Shown: piece by piece, positions 23,003 to 32,757 of the stretch
How positions within the stretch are numbered: position 1 is the stretch's first letter
Layout: each line of letters opens with the position of its first letter
Assembly (NCBI GenBank): GCA_963793865.1
Contig: CAWCBP010000008.1
Coordinates: forward strand, 256,001 to 320,000
Source: an uncultured delta proteobacterium
GTDB taxonomy: Bacteria > Desulfobacterota > WTBG01
DNA: 64,000 nucleotides
Direction of reading: 5' to 3'
Made by a program: the position numbers and the translations under genes
Notes under the pieces: model-generated
What the model was told of the DNA's origin: nothing
Databases searched by the model: none
The model's input: only the letters and a program-made list of their open reading frames with translations

Positions 23003-24409
23003 TCAGAGATAACCGAGGCTCTTAAGTGCCTCCCGGGTTTGCCCATCGATCTTTTGCCGGGGCCCGGCTGAGGTAGGCTTGGGCAGAGAAGCAAGCAGTT
23101 TCTCCATGGATGATCCCATGGCCTGAGCCTTCTTCCGATCCCTCTCAATGAGGTTGACCGTTTCACCGGGATCATCCTTCAGATTAAATAACAGGTTCTT
23201 GCCCATACTGTTCCAGAGAAATTTGAAGTTTCCCGTATAGAGTGCCCGCCAGTCGCCCTGATATTTATCATGGAAGGGAAGCGGGTAGGCTTCCGCGAAT
23301 ATAGGATGATCGATCCGCGATGGCACGTTGCCCTGAATATCCGGGGGAAGAGGTATATCCAGACGGTCGAGTATCATGGGAAGGATGTCGATGAGCTGGA
23401 CAACACGGTCGTCCCGCCGTGCCCTGGCCTCGCCGGCGGGATACTTTACAATCAGCGGTATCTGCAGCTCCTCCTGATACAGTGTGTTTCCATGTCCCAT
23501 CAGCCCGTGCTCGCCGAAGAGCTCCCCATGGTCAGACGTCACGATGATCCATGACGTATCGTAAAAGCCGAGGGCTTTCAGATCGTTAAACAGATGGCCA
23601 ATGTAATCATCCATGTAGCGGATTTCCCCGTCGTACAGCGCTTTCATATTCTCATAGGAAGAATGAGACTGAGAGGGGCGGCCGTCTTCCGGAAGAGAGG
23701 CATGAAAATAATTCCCGGGAGGATTGTAGGGGAAATGGGGATCAAAATAGTTGAGAAAAAGAAAGAAGGGACGGGTGCTCATTCGCTTCAGCATGGAGCG
23801 CGCCTGGGATGTGACCTGCCGGGCTCTTTTTCCGTTCAGGACAGTAATCCCGTAGTCGTAATAGATGTCAAATCCTTTATTGAGGCCAAAGATGCGCTTG
23901 AGCCAGGGGCCGCTTACCACGGCGCAGGTGGCATAACCCGCAGCTTTTAAAATCTGGGCGAGGGTGTGCTCCTGGCTGCTGATGCTGCGGGCCCGGTGCC
24001 GATTATAGTCTTGATTGTCGGGATCGAGGGCGATGCCAAGGTTGAACGCTCCCTCCGGGTCGTGGCGGGCGCCATGGCTGTAGGTGAACTTTCCGGTAAA
24101 AAGCGATGCGTGGGAGGAAAGGGTCCAGCTCGACGGTGCCAGCGCCCGGGTGTAAAGCACCGATTCCTTCGCGAATTCGTCCAGGCAGGGGCTGGTGTCC
24201 CGCGTATACCCGTAGCAACCGAGACTGTCGGCGCGGGTTGTGTCAAGGGTGATAAGGATTATATTGACCCTCTTATCCCGTACCGGCTTGTGGCAGCCGC
24301 TCAAGGGCAGCATGGACAATCCTCCCGCTATGGCGCCTCCGCAGACGCCCTTTAAAAAGGTCCGGCGGCTTATAGGTTCCGGTAGGTAAGCGGTGAACAT
24401 GTTCACCAT
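23003..24409 (-). CDS. Tat-exported (lipo)protein, sulfatase-like hydrolase/transferase
   Basis: SRRTFLK twin-arginine motif, LSGC lipobox, ITLDTTRAD, WTLSSHASLFTG, DPHFPY, TSDHGE, LKSLGYL. Confidence 0.88.
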   Translation of the reverse strand: MVNMFTAYLPEPISRRTFLKGVCGGAIAGGLSMLPLSGCHKPVRDKRVNIILITLDTTRADSLGCYGYTRDTSPCLDEFAKESVLYTRALAPSSWTLSSHASLFTGKFTYSHGARHDPEGAFNLGIALDPDNQDYNRHRARSISSQEHTLAQILKAAGYATCAVVSGPWLKRIFGLNKGFDIYYDYGITVLNGKRARQVTSQARSMLKRMSTRPFFLFLNYFDPHFPYNPPGNYFHASLPEDGRPSQSHSSYENMKALYDGEIRYMDDYIGHLFNDLKALGFYDTSWIIVTSDHGELFGEHGLMGHGNTLYQEELQIPLIVKYPAGEARARRDDRVVQLIDILPMILDRLDIPLPPDIQGNVPSRIDHPIFAEAYPLPFHDKYQGDWRALYTGNFKFLWNSMGKNLLFNLKDDPGETVNLIERDRKKAQAMGSSMEKLLASLPKPTSAGPRQKIDGQTREALKSLGYL

Positions 24410-24552
24410 TCCTTCATACAGCTGAGACCGTGTCCGCGGCTAATTTTTGCAGCCCCGCCTGCATAAAAAGGGCGGTGACGCAGCGCGAGGAACCCGGGCG
24501 ATACAGCCATTCCGCATCGCCAAACAAACGCCCCCCTAAAGCAGCTTCCTTA

Positions 24553-25718
24553 TCACATATCTGCAGGCGACAACCCTTTTAAGACCATAAGCAGCAACAC
24601 ATATTGCTGCGAGAAAGTCGGGAACGAATATCGTACCGGCATCCTGAAAAGTATGATGTCGTATTTTACCATAAATGCGTTGTGCAGCAAATAGAGTTCA
24701 TAGGATGCGCATCCGAGCAGGGATAACAACCGGTACCGGATGTTAAAAGACGTAAAGCACACAAACATGCATATGGCAAACAGGGCAAGGCAGAGACGGG
24801 ATATGTTAATGATCAGTGATGACGAGAGGATACCGTAAACCGAGTGATCTATCGTGGTTTTCGCGGTGAAGAAGAACACCGAGAAGAAACATAGGGCAAG
24901 ATATAATCCATTCCATTGAAATCTTTCGGGGGTCGGGAATATCTTCCGGAGCTTTTCAACATACACCCCCGCCAGGAAACCAGCGGGAAAAGGAAGAATG
25001 AAAAGATGCCACGGGTTCCAGCCCCCCGGGCCGGCAGGATATGGGTAAAACCGATGCGCGGGTCATAGGGCGTAATGATTTCAAAAAAATAGTTGAGGTA
25101 GCATACGATGATGGGGACGACAGTCAAAACCAGCAACTGGATGGCAAGCTTTTTAAAGCGCGTGGCCAAATAAAAGAGGAAGTAAAAAAAGAGAATAAGC
25201 GTGATAAACCATCTCGCGTAGTCAAGCAGTTGGAGCTTTAAATGAAAATTGATTCCGAGTGCGGTAAGGGTTATCAGTTTTAGAGGATATGTTTCTGAAA
25301 GCAGGAAATAATCGAGCAGGAGGAAAAGGAGGGTTGTGATCCAGTATGGCATGAAAACCCGGTTAACCCTTCGTTTGATGAACTGAGCAAGGGTGTGGTT
25401 CTTTAATTGCTGGGAGCGCATGAGGCCGAAGCCGGAGAGGAAAAGAAACAGATAGACGCCGCAGTTGTTGATCCAGAGTGGGATGTAGGCATTCGTCACC
25501 AGGACATTGCTGTTGAGATGGCCGATCATGATGAGCAGGATGGCAATGCCTCTGAGCTGCTGGGTTTGGCTTAAATCAAGGAACTCCTGCTTTTGGGGGC
25601 TTCTGGCAATTGAGAGGAATAGTGCTGCGAGGATAATGCAGTAGATGAAAAGAACGGTTGCCTTGGGGTCTGCCAGCGGTATGCGGTTTGCTATATGGGT
25701 TACAAAAAATTCCATCAT
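24553..25718 (-). CDS. Acyltransferase family 3 (membrane O-acyltransferase), frameshift near 24990
   Basis: LRGIAILLIMIGH, GVYLFLFLSGFGL, KRRVNRV, WFI; C-terminal fragment LGCASYELYLLH. Confidence 0.85.
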
Positions 25719-25979
25719 TCAGCGAATGGGCTTACACTGCCCCCGATTGGTGCACGGAGAGGGCCACCGGCGCATGCATCTGCGGCCCGAAGAGGGGGAA
25801 TTACAGGCATCCTATCATCTCTCTCATTGTTTACGGCGTTCATCCGCAAAAGTCAAGCAATACATTTTGCGCAATCTTTGCTTGAGTTTCATGCCGATGG
25901 CTAGTATACTGATAGCCGTACACATGAGACGGGCTCCGGCGGAAAAGCTCCCGGGCGCCGGGTAATCATCATAGCGGGT

Positions 25980-26795
25980 ATGGTCAGGAAGGGTATGGAA
26001 CAGGTCAGGAAAGGCACGGTTGTTCTCCTCTGCGGCGGGCTGGGCACGCGCATCAGGGAGGAAACGGAGTTCAAGCCCAAGCCGATGGTGGAAATCGGTC
26101 AGAAGCCCATCCTCTGGCACATCATGAAAATATATGCCCACTACGGATTCAACGATTTCATCCTCTGCCTGGGCTACAAGGGGGAGATGATCAAGGAGTA
26201 TTTTCTCAACTATGAGATTATGCACAGCGATTTTACCGTCGAGCTGGGAAGCAACCGCAAGAACATTACCATTCATGATTCCCGCGTGAAAGACCAGTGG
26301 CGGGTGACGCTGGCCGATACCGGCCACCACGCCATGACCGGTGCCCGGTTAAAAAAAATCGAACCCTATATTGAGACGGATAATTTTTTAATGACCTACG
26401 GAGACGGCGTCGCCAACCTTGATGTGAACCGGCTGTGGAACTTCCATCTTTCCCACGGCAAAACCGCGACCATCACCGGGGTCAGGCCGCCTTCCCGGTT
26501 TGGTGAGCTGGTCACCCGGGGCGATGAGGTAACAGAATTCAGCGAGAAACCGCAGATACGGGAGGGGTATATCAATGGTGGGTTTTTCGTGTTGCGGCGG
26601 AACATATTTGATTACCTGAGCGATGATGAAAACTGCACCTTTGAAAGGGAGCCGCTGGAGCGGGTGGCCTCGGATGGCGAACTTAAGGTCTTTTTCCACA
26701 ACGATTACTGGCAGTGCATGGATACCGTAAGAGATCTGGACATGCTTGAGAAGGAATGGCAAAAGGAACATCCATCCTGGAAAGTGTGGGAGTAA
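25980..26795 (+). CDS. rfbF: Glucose-1-phosphate cytidylyltransferase
   Basis: [47 protein letters not shown]. Confidence 0.95.
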   Translation: MVRKGMEQVRKGTVVLLCGGLGTRIREETEFKPKPMVEIGQKPILWHIMKIYAHYGFNDFILCLGYKGEMIKEYFLNYEIMHSDFTVELGSNRKNITIHDSRVKDQWRVTLADTGHHAMTGARLKKIEPYIETDNFLMTYGDGVANLDVNRLWNFHLSHGKTATITGVRPPSRFGELVTRGDEVTEFSEKPQIREGYINGGFFVLRRNIFDYLSDDENCTFEREPLERVASDGELKVFFHNDYWQCMDTVRDLDMLEKEWQKEHPSWKVWE

Positions 26796-26796
26796 C

Positions 26797-27777
26797 ATGT
26801 CGGATTTTTGGAAATCAAGAGATGTGTTTGTGACCGGGTGCTCGGGATTTCTGGGGTACTGGCTTACCGAGCGTCTCTTACAGGAGGGTGCCGCGGTAGT
26901 AGGCTTGGTGAGGGATTCAGTGCCCCAGTCCAGTTTTTTCCATTTCCGGCTGGATGAGCGGATAACCGTGGTGAGGGGCGAAGTCGAAAATTATCCCCTG
27001 CTGGAGCGAATCCTCAATGAGTATGAGATTGACACGGTGTTCCATCTCGCCGCCCAGCCCATTGTGGGTACGGCTAACCGCGGATCCCTGTCCACCTTTG
27101 AAACCAACATCAAGGGCACCTGGAATCTTCTGGAAGCGTGCCGGAGAACACAGCCGCTGGTGAAGCGGATCATTGTCGCCTCCAGTGATAAGGCCTATGG
27201 AACACAGGAACATCTTCCCTATACCGAGCAATCGCCTCTCCGGGGGGCGCATCCCTATGACGTGTCAAAAACCTGCGCCGACCTCATTGCCTCCAGCTTT
27301 TTTGCCACCTACCGGCTGCCCCTGGCGATTACCCGCTGCGGCAATTTCTACGCGGGCGGCGACCTCAATTTTAATCGGATTGTCCCCGGCACCATCAGGT
27401 CGGTTCTGCAGGGTCAGCCGGTCATTATCCGCAGCGACGGGACTCCCCGCCGGGATTATATTTATATTAAGGACGTTGTTTCCGCGTACACGGTCCTGGC
27501 TGAGCGGCTTGAAGAGCTTGCCCTGGCCGGCGAGGCCTTCAATTTCAGCGGAGGGCAGCCCCTGAGCGTGATGGAAATGACCAGCAGGATACTGGCGCTC
27601 ATGGACAAGAAGGACCATCCGGTGGAAGTGCTGAATCAATCGCGGGGAGAGATCAAGGACCAATACCTGTCCATCGAGAAGGCACGCACGAGTCTGGGCT
27701 GGCACCCCCGCTACAGCCTTGAAGACGGCCTCAAGGAAACCATAGCCTGGTACAAAACCTTTTTTGATGTAAAATGA
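26797..27777 (+). CDS. rfbG: CDP-glucose 4,6-dehydratase-like SDR
   Basis: [53 protein letters not shown]; directly after rfbF. Confidence 0.8.
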   Translation: MSDFWKSRDVFVTGCSGFLGYWLTERLLQEGAAVVGLVRDSVPQSSFFHFRLDERITVVRGEVENYPLLERILNEYEIDTVFHLAAQPIVGTANRGSLSTFETNIKGTWNLLEACRRTQPLVKRIIVASSDKAYGTQEHLPYTEQSPLRGAHPYDVSKTCADLIASSFFATYRLPLAITRCGNFYAGGDLNFNRIVPGTIRSVLQGQPVIIRSDGTPRRDYIYIKDVVSAYTVLAERLEELALAGEAFNFSGGQPLSVMEMTSRILALMDKKDHPVEVLNQSRGEIKDQYLSIEKARTSLGWHPRYSLEDGLKETIAWYKTFFDVK

Positions 27778-28739
27778 ACTGGAACGGCAAGAGGGTTTTG
27801 GTCACCGGGGCCGAAGGCTTTATCGGCTCCCATTTGGTTAAGAGGCTGCTGAAAGAAGGGGCCTCGGTTCAGGCGCTGGTCAAAAAAGGGAGTTCATTGT
27901 GGAGGATACAGGACAGTATTGACCGGATGCTCATTGTAGAATCTGACATTACTGACCCCGATGCTCTCAAATCCGTCATACCCCCTTCCAACCCCCAGAT
28001 AGTATTTCATCTCGCTGCCCTGGTCGATGTTTCGCGTTCATGGGAGCTGATTGCTCCTCTCGCCCGAACAAATATCATGGGAACAGTTAATCTGCTGTCA
28101 GCGGTCAGGGAAGCCCCCCTTGAAATCTTTGTTCATACGGGTTCCTCCGAAGAGTATGGAGATGCGCATTCCCCTATCGCTGAAACCTGCAGGGAATCGC
28201 CCATTTCCCCCTATTCCTTCAGCAAGGTAGCAGGCACCCATTTGTGCCAGATGGCAGCGAGAACCTTTGATCTTCCGGTCACCATTGTACGCCTCTTTCC
28301 CACCTACGGACCGTTTCAGGACGGCTCCATGTTTATTCCTTCCGCCATCCGGGATCTCCTGTTGCGAAAGGAATTTAAAATGAGCCCGGGTGAACAGATA
28401 ACGGGAATTCACCTACGTGGATGATGTGGTTGAGGCCTACCTTGCGGTCGCTCGTTGTCCCGATGCCCGGGGAGAACTGCTTAATGTGGGAAGCGGTGCA
28501 TGCCTATAAGATAAAGGATGTAATAGAGATAATGCGCAGGTTAGTAGGCGGGAATACGACCGTTGAAGTGGGGGCCCTCCCTATACCGGAAGGGGGAAGG
28601 CAGCGAGATTTTTTGTGACAACCGCATGATGCAGGAGCTCACTGGCTGGTCTCCGGCCGTTTCACTGGAGGAAGGACTGCGCTTAACCGTGGAGTGGTAT
28701 AAAACCTACTATTCGTCAGGGTCACATCTTACCGATTAA
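27774..28739 (+). CDS. NAD-dependent epimerase/dehydratase, frameshifted near 28400 and 28590
   Basis: [21 protein letters not shown]; alternate frames supply FTYVDDVV and [14 protein letters not shown] before TAA at 28737-28739. Confidence 0.8.
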
Positions 28740-28837
28740 CCCTCGCATGCTGCCGTATGCAATAGTTAAGTTAAATCTGACCCCAGGGACCATCCCGTAA
28801 TATTTTTTAAAAGAATATTTTTCAGGGATGCATAGTC

Positions 28838-30367
28838 ATGTCAACCAAACGTCCTCGTGAGCTTCTTTTCGTTTCCCTCACCATGCTTTTCTTGCTTCAC
28901 CTGCTGGTGACTGCTCCTAACGGTCTTGCCTGGGAAACCATGGAACCACGGGCTGGTTATGTAGCCGGTGCAATTTTTGGGACGTGCTTTCATGACCTCA
29001 ATCTGAATGGCATCCGCGATGACGGAGAATATGGCATCGCGGGAATAACCCTCTCACTGAAAAAAATTAACCTGCTGCTCCACCGGACTGAATTGGGAAC
29101 CACGGTGAGTGACGGAGAGGGAAGATATGAATTTGCGGGATTGCAAAGAGGGTTCTATCTCATTGAGGCGCAGCGTACGGAGCAATGGATATGCAGCACA
29201 AAAAATCTTCGATGGGTAATAGTGACCTCATTTATCAATAGGAGGGTAAGTGATATTGCCTTTCAAAGGCAGGTGCTGCAGGACTCATTTATGTTGAGTG
29301 AGTTTCGATTCAATTCAATGGACACCCACATGCACTGGGACGGGACGTATCTCTGGCTTCCTGAGACGGAGTATCTCACTGATACTGTTCGATTCAGCAC
29401 CAACCTGATCAGATTAAACCCTGAGGACTTCAGTTATACACGATACAACCTGCCCCGGATTGAGTATAATGGGGAGGACATTTATCCCATCGTATATGAA
29501 GTTGTACCCAGCCCCAGTAACAAAGACGTACTGTATATCAGCGCTCCTTACAGACAACCAAAATCGATTTATGTGTTTAATAAATCAAGTGGGTCCGCTG
29601 ACGGTTTCAGGCTGATACATGGGGATCTTGTATATGGCGGTAATAATGGAGCCCGGATGGCTGTTACGGCATCCGGGGGAAATGATACGGTATGGATCAC
29701 CTGCAACGATTCTAAGATAGGAGTCTTTGATGTAGCATCGGCTGTGATGACAGAGCTGCATGATTTCAGCAGCATCGCGCCGGGGGGGCTTTATGGAATA
29801 GCGGCAGTGCCTGCCGCCACCGGCGAGGGATATATGATCCATGTTGCCTCATTCGGGGGTAAGCTGCTGGTAGTGCCATCGGATTTCACCTCGATCAGCC
29901 AGAGTATGACCATCGACGTGGCGGATTACGGGGTCAGCGAGGCGAGCTTGACGGCACTTGTCTATGATGAGCCGTATCTCTGGGTTGCCGGGCATGGGAG
30001 GTACAATGGGCGTTTTCGGCTGTTTATCATGCGATATATGCCGGCGTCGCAGTATGATGTGGAGGGGGAATGTGCCTTCTACTGGTCAAATGTGAGCGTG
30101 GGGATGATGCCATCAATATTCTCCTACGGCAACTGGGTGTTTGCAGTGGTTGAGAATTTTGATGACTGTTCTGTACAATATTTAATCAGGCTCGACAAAA
30201 CCACGGGTGTGGTTGAAGCTATCGAGATAGAGTTTCAAAATCCCAGAATAGCAGCAAGCTTAGGTCATGACGGAGATGGCAATATATATGCGGGTGGATT
30301 TGGGTGCTGGTCGAAGACCATTCGGCCATTGGAGCTGGTGCGTTTTACAGGTTTGGCAGTCCCGTGA
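28838..30367 (+). CDS. Secreted protein with SdrD B-like domain and probable beta-propeller
   Basis: Signal peptide; FHDLNLNGIRDDGEYGIAGITLSL...SDGEGRYEF; repeated beta-strand blades (DGTYLW, DEPYLWV, DGDGNIY). Confidence 0.7.
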   Translation: MSTKRPRELLFVSLTMLFLLHLLVTAPNGLAWETMEPRAGYVAGAIFGTCFHDLNLNGIRDDGEYGIAGITLSLKKINLLLHRTELGTTVSDGEGRYEFAGLQRGFYLIEAQRTEQWICSTKNLRWVIVTSFINRRVSDIAFQRQVLQDSFMLSEFRFNSMDTHMHWDGTYLWLPETEYLTDTVRFSTNLIRLNPEDFSYTRYNLPRIEYNGEDIYPIVYEVVPSPSNKDVLYISAPYRQPKSIYVFNKSSGSADGFRLIHGDLVYGGNNGARMAVTASGGNDTVWITCNDSKIGVFDVASAVMTELHDFSSIAPGGLYGIAAVPAATGEGYMIHVASFGGKLLVVPSDFTSISQSMTIDVADYGVSEASLTALVYDEPYLWVAGHGRYNGRFRLFIMRYMPASQYDVEGECAFYWSNVSVGMMPSIFSYGNWVFAVVENFDDCSVQYLIRLDKTTGVVEAIEIEFQNPRIAASLGHDGDGNIYAGGFGCWSKTIRPLELVRFTGLAVP

Positions 30368-30548
30368 CGTTTAATTGATATCGGGAAAGTGGTATGTAAT
30401 AAACTGCAAGCTTATAGAGAGGGAATACATGTTTCAGTGAAAAAATGAGGTTCAGACCGAAACCTTTGGTCGAGACAGGCCCTAAGCCTTTCTCTGGCTT
30501 AGTATGAAGATCTATTCGTTAGCAGGCTTAAAGCCAAGAGAGAGGAGC

Positions 30549-31241
30549 CTAGTCAAACAGCTTGACCTTGAGCAGCGCCCAGAGCGCCGGAAGGCTGTCG
30601 AACATTTTGATTTTCTTCCCTTCCCGGCGGGAACGGGGCTGGTAGGATACGGGTATTTCTTTAATGCGGTATCCCCGTTTGCAGAGCTTGCTCACCACCT
30701 CAAAGTCAAAGGTGATGCTCCGGTCTGAAATGGGATAGAGTTTTTTTAAAGAGGCGGTCCGGTAAAATTTGCTTCCGATGATATCGGTGAAGCTTTTATG
30801 ATAAAATTTGTTTACCATCCAGGTTGAAATGACCGCGGCCAAATAGTAAGGGCGCTCACGTATCAGCTGAAGATAGGATTTGTTCCGGTGCGCCAGCCGT
30901 GAGCCGAAGACCGCGTCATACCCCTCTCTGTTCGCCAATTCTATCATTTCATGCACATGCCGGGGGTCGTATTCAAGGTCGGCGTTATGCACATAGAGAT
31001 ACTCTCCCCGGGCCATGTCGCAAGCGGTGATGATCGACTGGCCGTATCCGAAATTTCTCTCCTGCAGGACCATCTGGACGGATTGGCTGCGATAGGTTTT
31101 TAACAGTTCCCTGGTGCCGTCAGTGGAACAATTATCAACCACGATGATCTCTTTTTCCACCTCCAGCGCCTCAACCTGCCTGATCGCTTCCAGCACCGTA
31201 TCTTTTTCGTTTAAGACGGTAACCACGATGGTAAGGAGCAT
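30549..31241 (-). CDS. DPM1-like family 2 glycosyltransferase (polyprenol-phosphate sugar synthase)
   Basis: VVTVLNE, VVDNCSTDGT, ADLEYDP, FGSR, EIPVSYQPR..EGKKI. Confidence 0.9.
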   Translation of the reverse strand: MLLTIVVTVLNEKDTVLEAIRQVEALEVEKEIIVVDNCSTDGTRELLKTYRSQSVQMVLQERNFGYGQSIITACDMARGEYLYVHNADLEYDPRHVHEMIELANREGYDAVFGSRLAHRNKSYLQLIRERPYYLAAVISTWMVNKFYHKSFTDIIGSKFYRTASLKKLYPISDRSITFDFEVVSKLCKRGYRIKEIPVSYQPRSRREGKKIKMFDSLPALWALLKVKLFD

Positions 31242-31245
31242 GTGT

Positions 31246-32592
31246 CTATTCCTTGCAGCCGCTGGCGCCGGCCTGTTCAGACAGCAGAAATCCGGCATGT
31301 GCTTCCTCGGCAACCTGCCGCGCCCGTTCCAATGCCTTTGCCCGTTCCTGCACGCTCATGGTGTGTTCTGCCTCAAACAGCGGGATGTCCTGATAGGTTT
31401 TGAAGTTGTTCATGTATTCCCGGTAAGGGTATAACATTCTGCCGTGCGCGTCAATCCAATCCATCAGCGCGGTACCCTGGTAGGGCACGAGGTTGAAGAA
31501 TCGCGCCTGATAGACGGGATACCGTTTTATGAAGGCAAACATGTCTTCCAGCGATTGCGGGGTCTCATGGGGAAATCCGATTATGAAGAACAGCCTGACC
31601 TTAAAGCCCATTTCGGTCGCCAGCCGGACCACCGCTTCAATCCGGCCGGTGGTGGTGCCTTTCTTGATGAAACCGAGGACCGCGTCGGAGAAGCTCTCCA
31701 CGCCGAAGGAGATATATTCCACCCCGATGCTCTTTAAAAGCTCCAGTTTCTCCCGGGTCATGCCGCTTACCCGGACGCCGCCGACAATATTGATGGTAAG
31801 GGAGGAAATGGCGCGTGCCCGGAAAAGCCGCCTGATTTCCCTGAGCCGTTTCGCGTCATAGGCAAAATTATCGTCAAGGATCTGGAAGGTTCGGTAGCCC
31901 CGGCCGATCCAATACTCAATCTCCTCAACAAAATAAGCCGCGCTTTTCCCCCGCCAGTTTTTACTGAGCAGGCTGCTCTGCTGGCAGAAAATGCACTTGT
32001 AAGGGCAGCCACGGGAGGTTAAGAGGGGGATTGATTTGTCCTCGTAGGAATCGAGCTCAAATTTTTCGAACTTTGGAAACGGCAGGGTATCGATATTTTC
32101 AGTAATCCGTTTCCGGTTGGCGCGCACCGTTCCCGTTTCGTCACGATAGAGCAAGCCCGCGATATCTTCAGGCGGATCCCCGCTGAGCAGCTGAAAGAGC
32201 GAGGACTCCCCCTCGCCGGCAATCGCGTAATCGATGGCAGGGCATTCGCTGAACAGCGACTCCTGTATGGTGGACACATGCGGCCCCCCGGCGATGATGC
32301 GCAGGTGAGGCATGGCTTCTCTGGCGGAATTGATCAGCTGTATGGTTTTGTCCATGCACAACGAATTGATGGAAAATCCAATCGCGCCGCTGTTCAGTTC
32401 CTTCACCCGGCGGATGATCTCATCCGCGGTGTGGCCAAGCCCCATGTCAATAACCCGGTGGTCTACGCCTCTTTCAGTTAAATATTCGGAGAGGTAGGCT
32501 ATGCCCAGCGGGGGGGTAAGCAGCCGATCGCCATACCCCGACTCGGCGTAATACACGTTCACCAGCACGATGGGCATTCTGTTGTGATCCAT
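31246..32592 (-). CDS. B12-binding domain radical SAM protein (#2)
   Basis: PPLGIAYL, GGPHVS, GEGE, TSRGCPYKCIFC, DDNF, GVES. Confidence 0.92.
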   Translation of the reverse strand: MDHNRMPIVLVNVYYAESGYGDRLLTPPLGIAYLSEYLTERGVDHRVIDMGLGHTADEIIRRVKELNSGAIGFSINSLCMDKTIQLINSAREAMPHLRIIAGGPHVSTIQESLFSECPAIDYAIAGEGESSLFQLLSGDPPEDIAGLLYRDETGTVRANRKRITENIDTLPFPKFEKFELDSYEDKSIPLLTSRGCPYKCIFCQQSSLLSKNWRGKSAAYFVEEIEYWIGRGYRTFQILDDNFAYDAKRLREIRRLFRARAISSLTINIVGGVRVSGMTREKLELLKSIGVEYISFGVESFSDAVLGFIKKGTTTGRIEAVVRLATEMGFKVRLFFIIGFPHETPQSLEDMFAFIKRYPVYQARFFNLVPYQGTALMDWIDAHGRMLYPYREYMNNFKTYQDIPLFEAEHTMSVQERAKALERARQVAEEAHAGFLLSEQAGASGCKE

Positions 32593-32686
32593 GCGAGAAT
32601 TCTTGCGTAAGGTGCGCACGGTTACGGTTCTTTATATTCTTACCATGCTAAACCGAGAATTTTCCTTTCATCTATGTTTATGACCG

Positions 32687-32736
32687 GTAGGAGCGGCTTT
32701 ACGCCGCGAATGCATCGCGCCTGAAGGCGCTCCTAC
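32687..32736. repeat. GTAG-family REP doublet (REPIN-like)
   Basis: gtaggagcggctttacgccgcga...tcgcgcctgaaggcgctcctac; near-identical copy at 55956-56005, half copy at 51010-51030. Confidence 0.85.
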
Positions 32737-32757
32737 CGAAATTTCAAATATCTTTGG

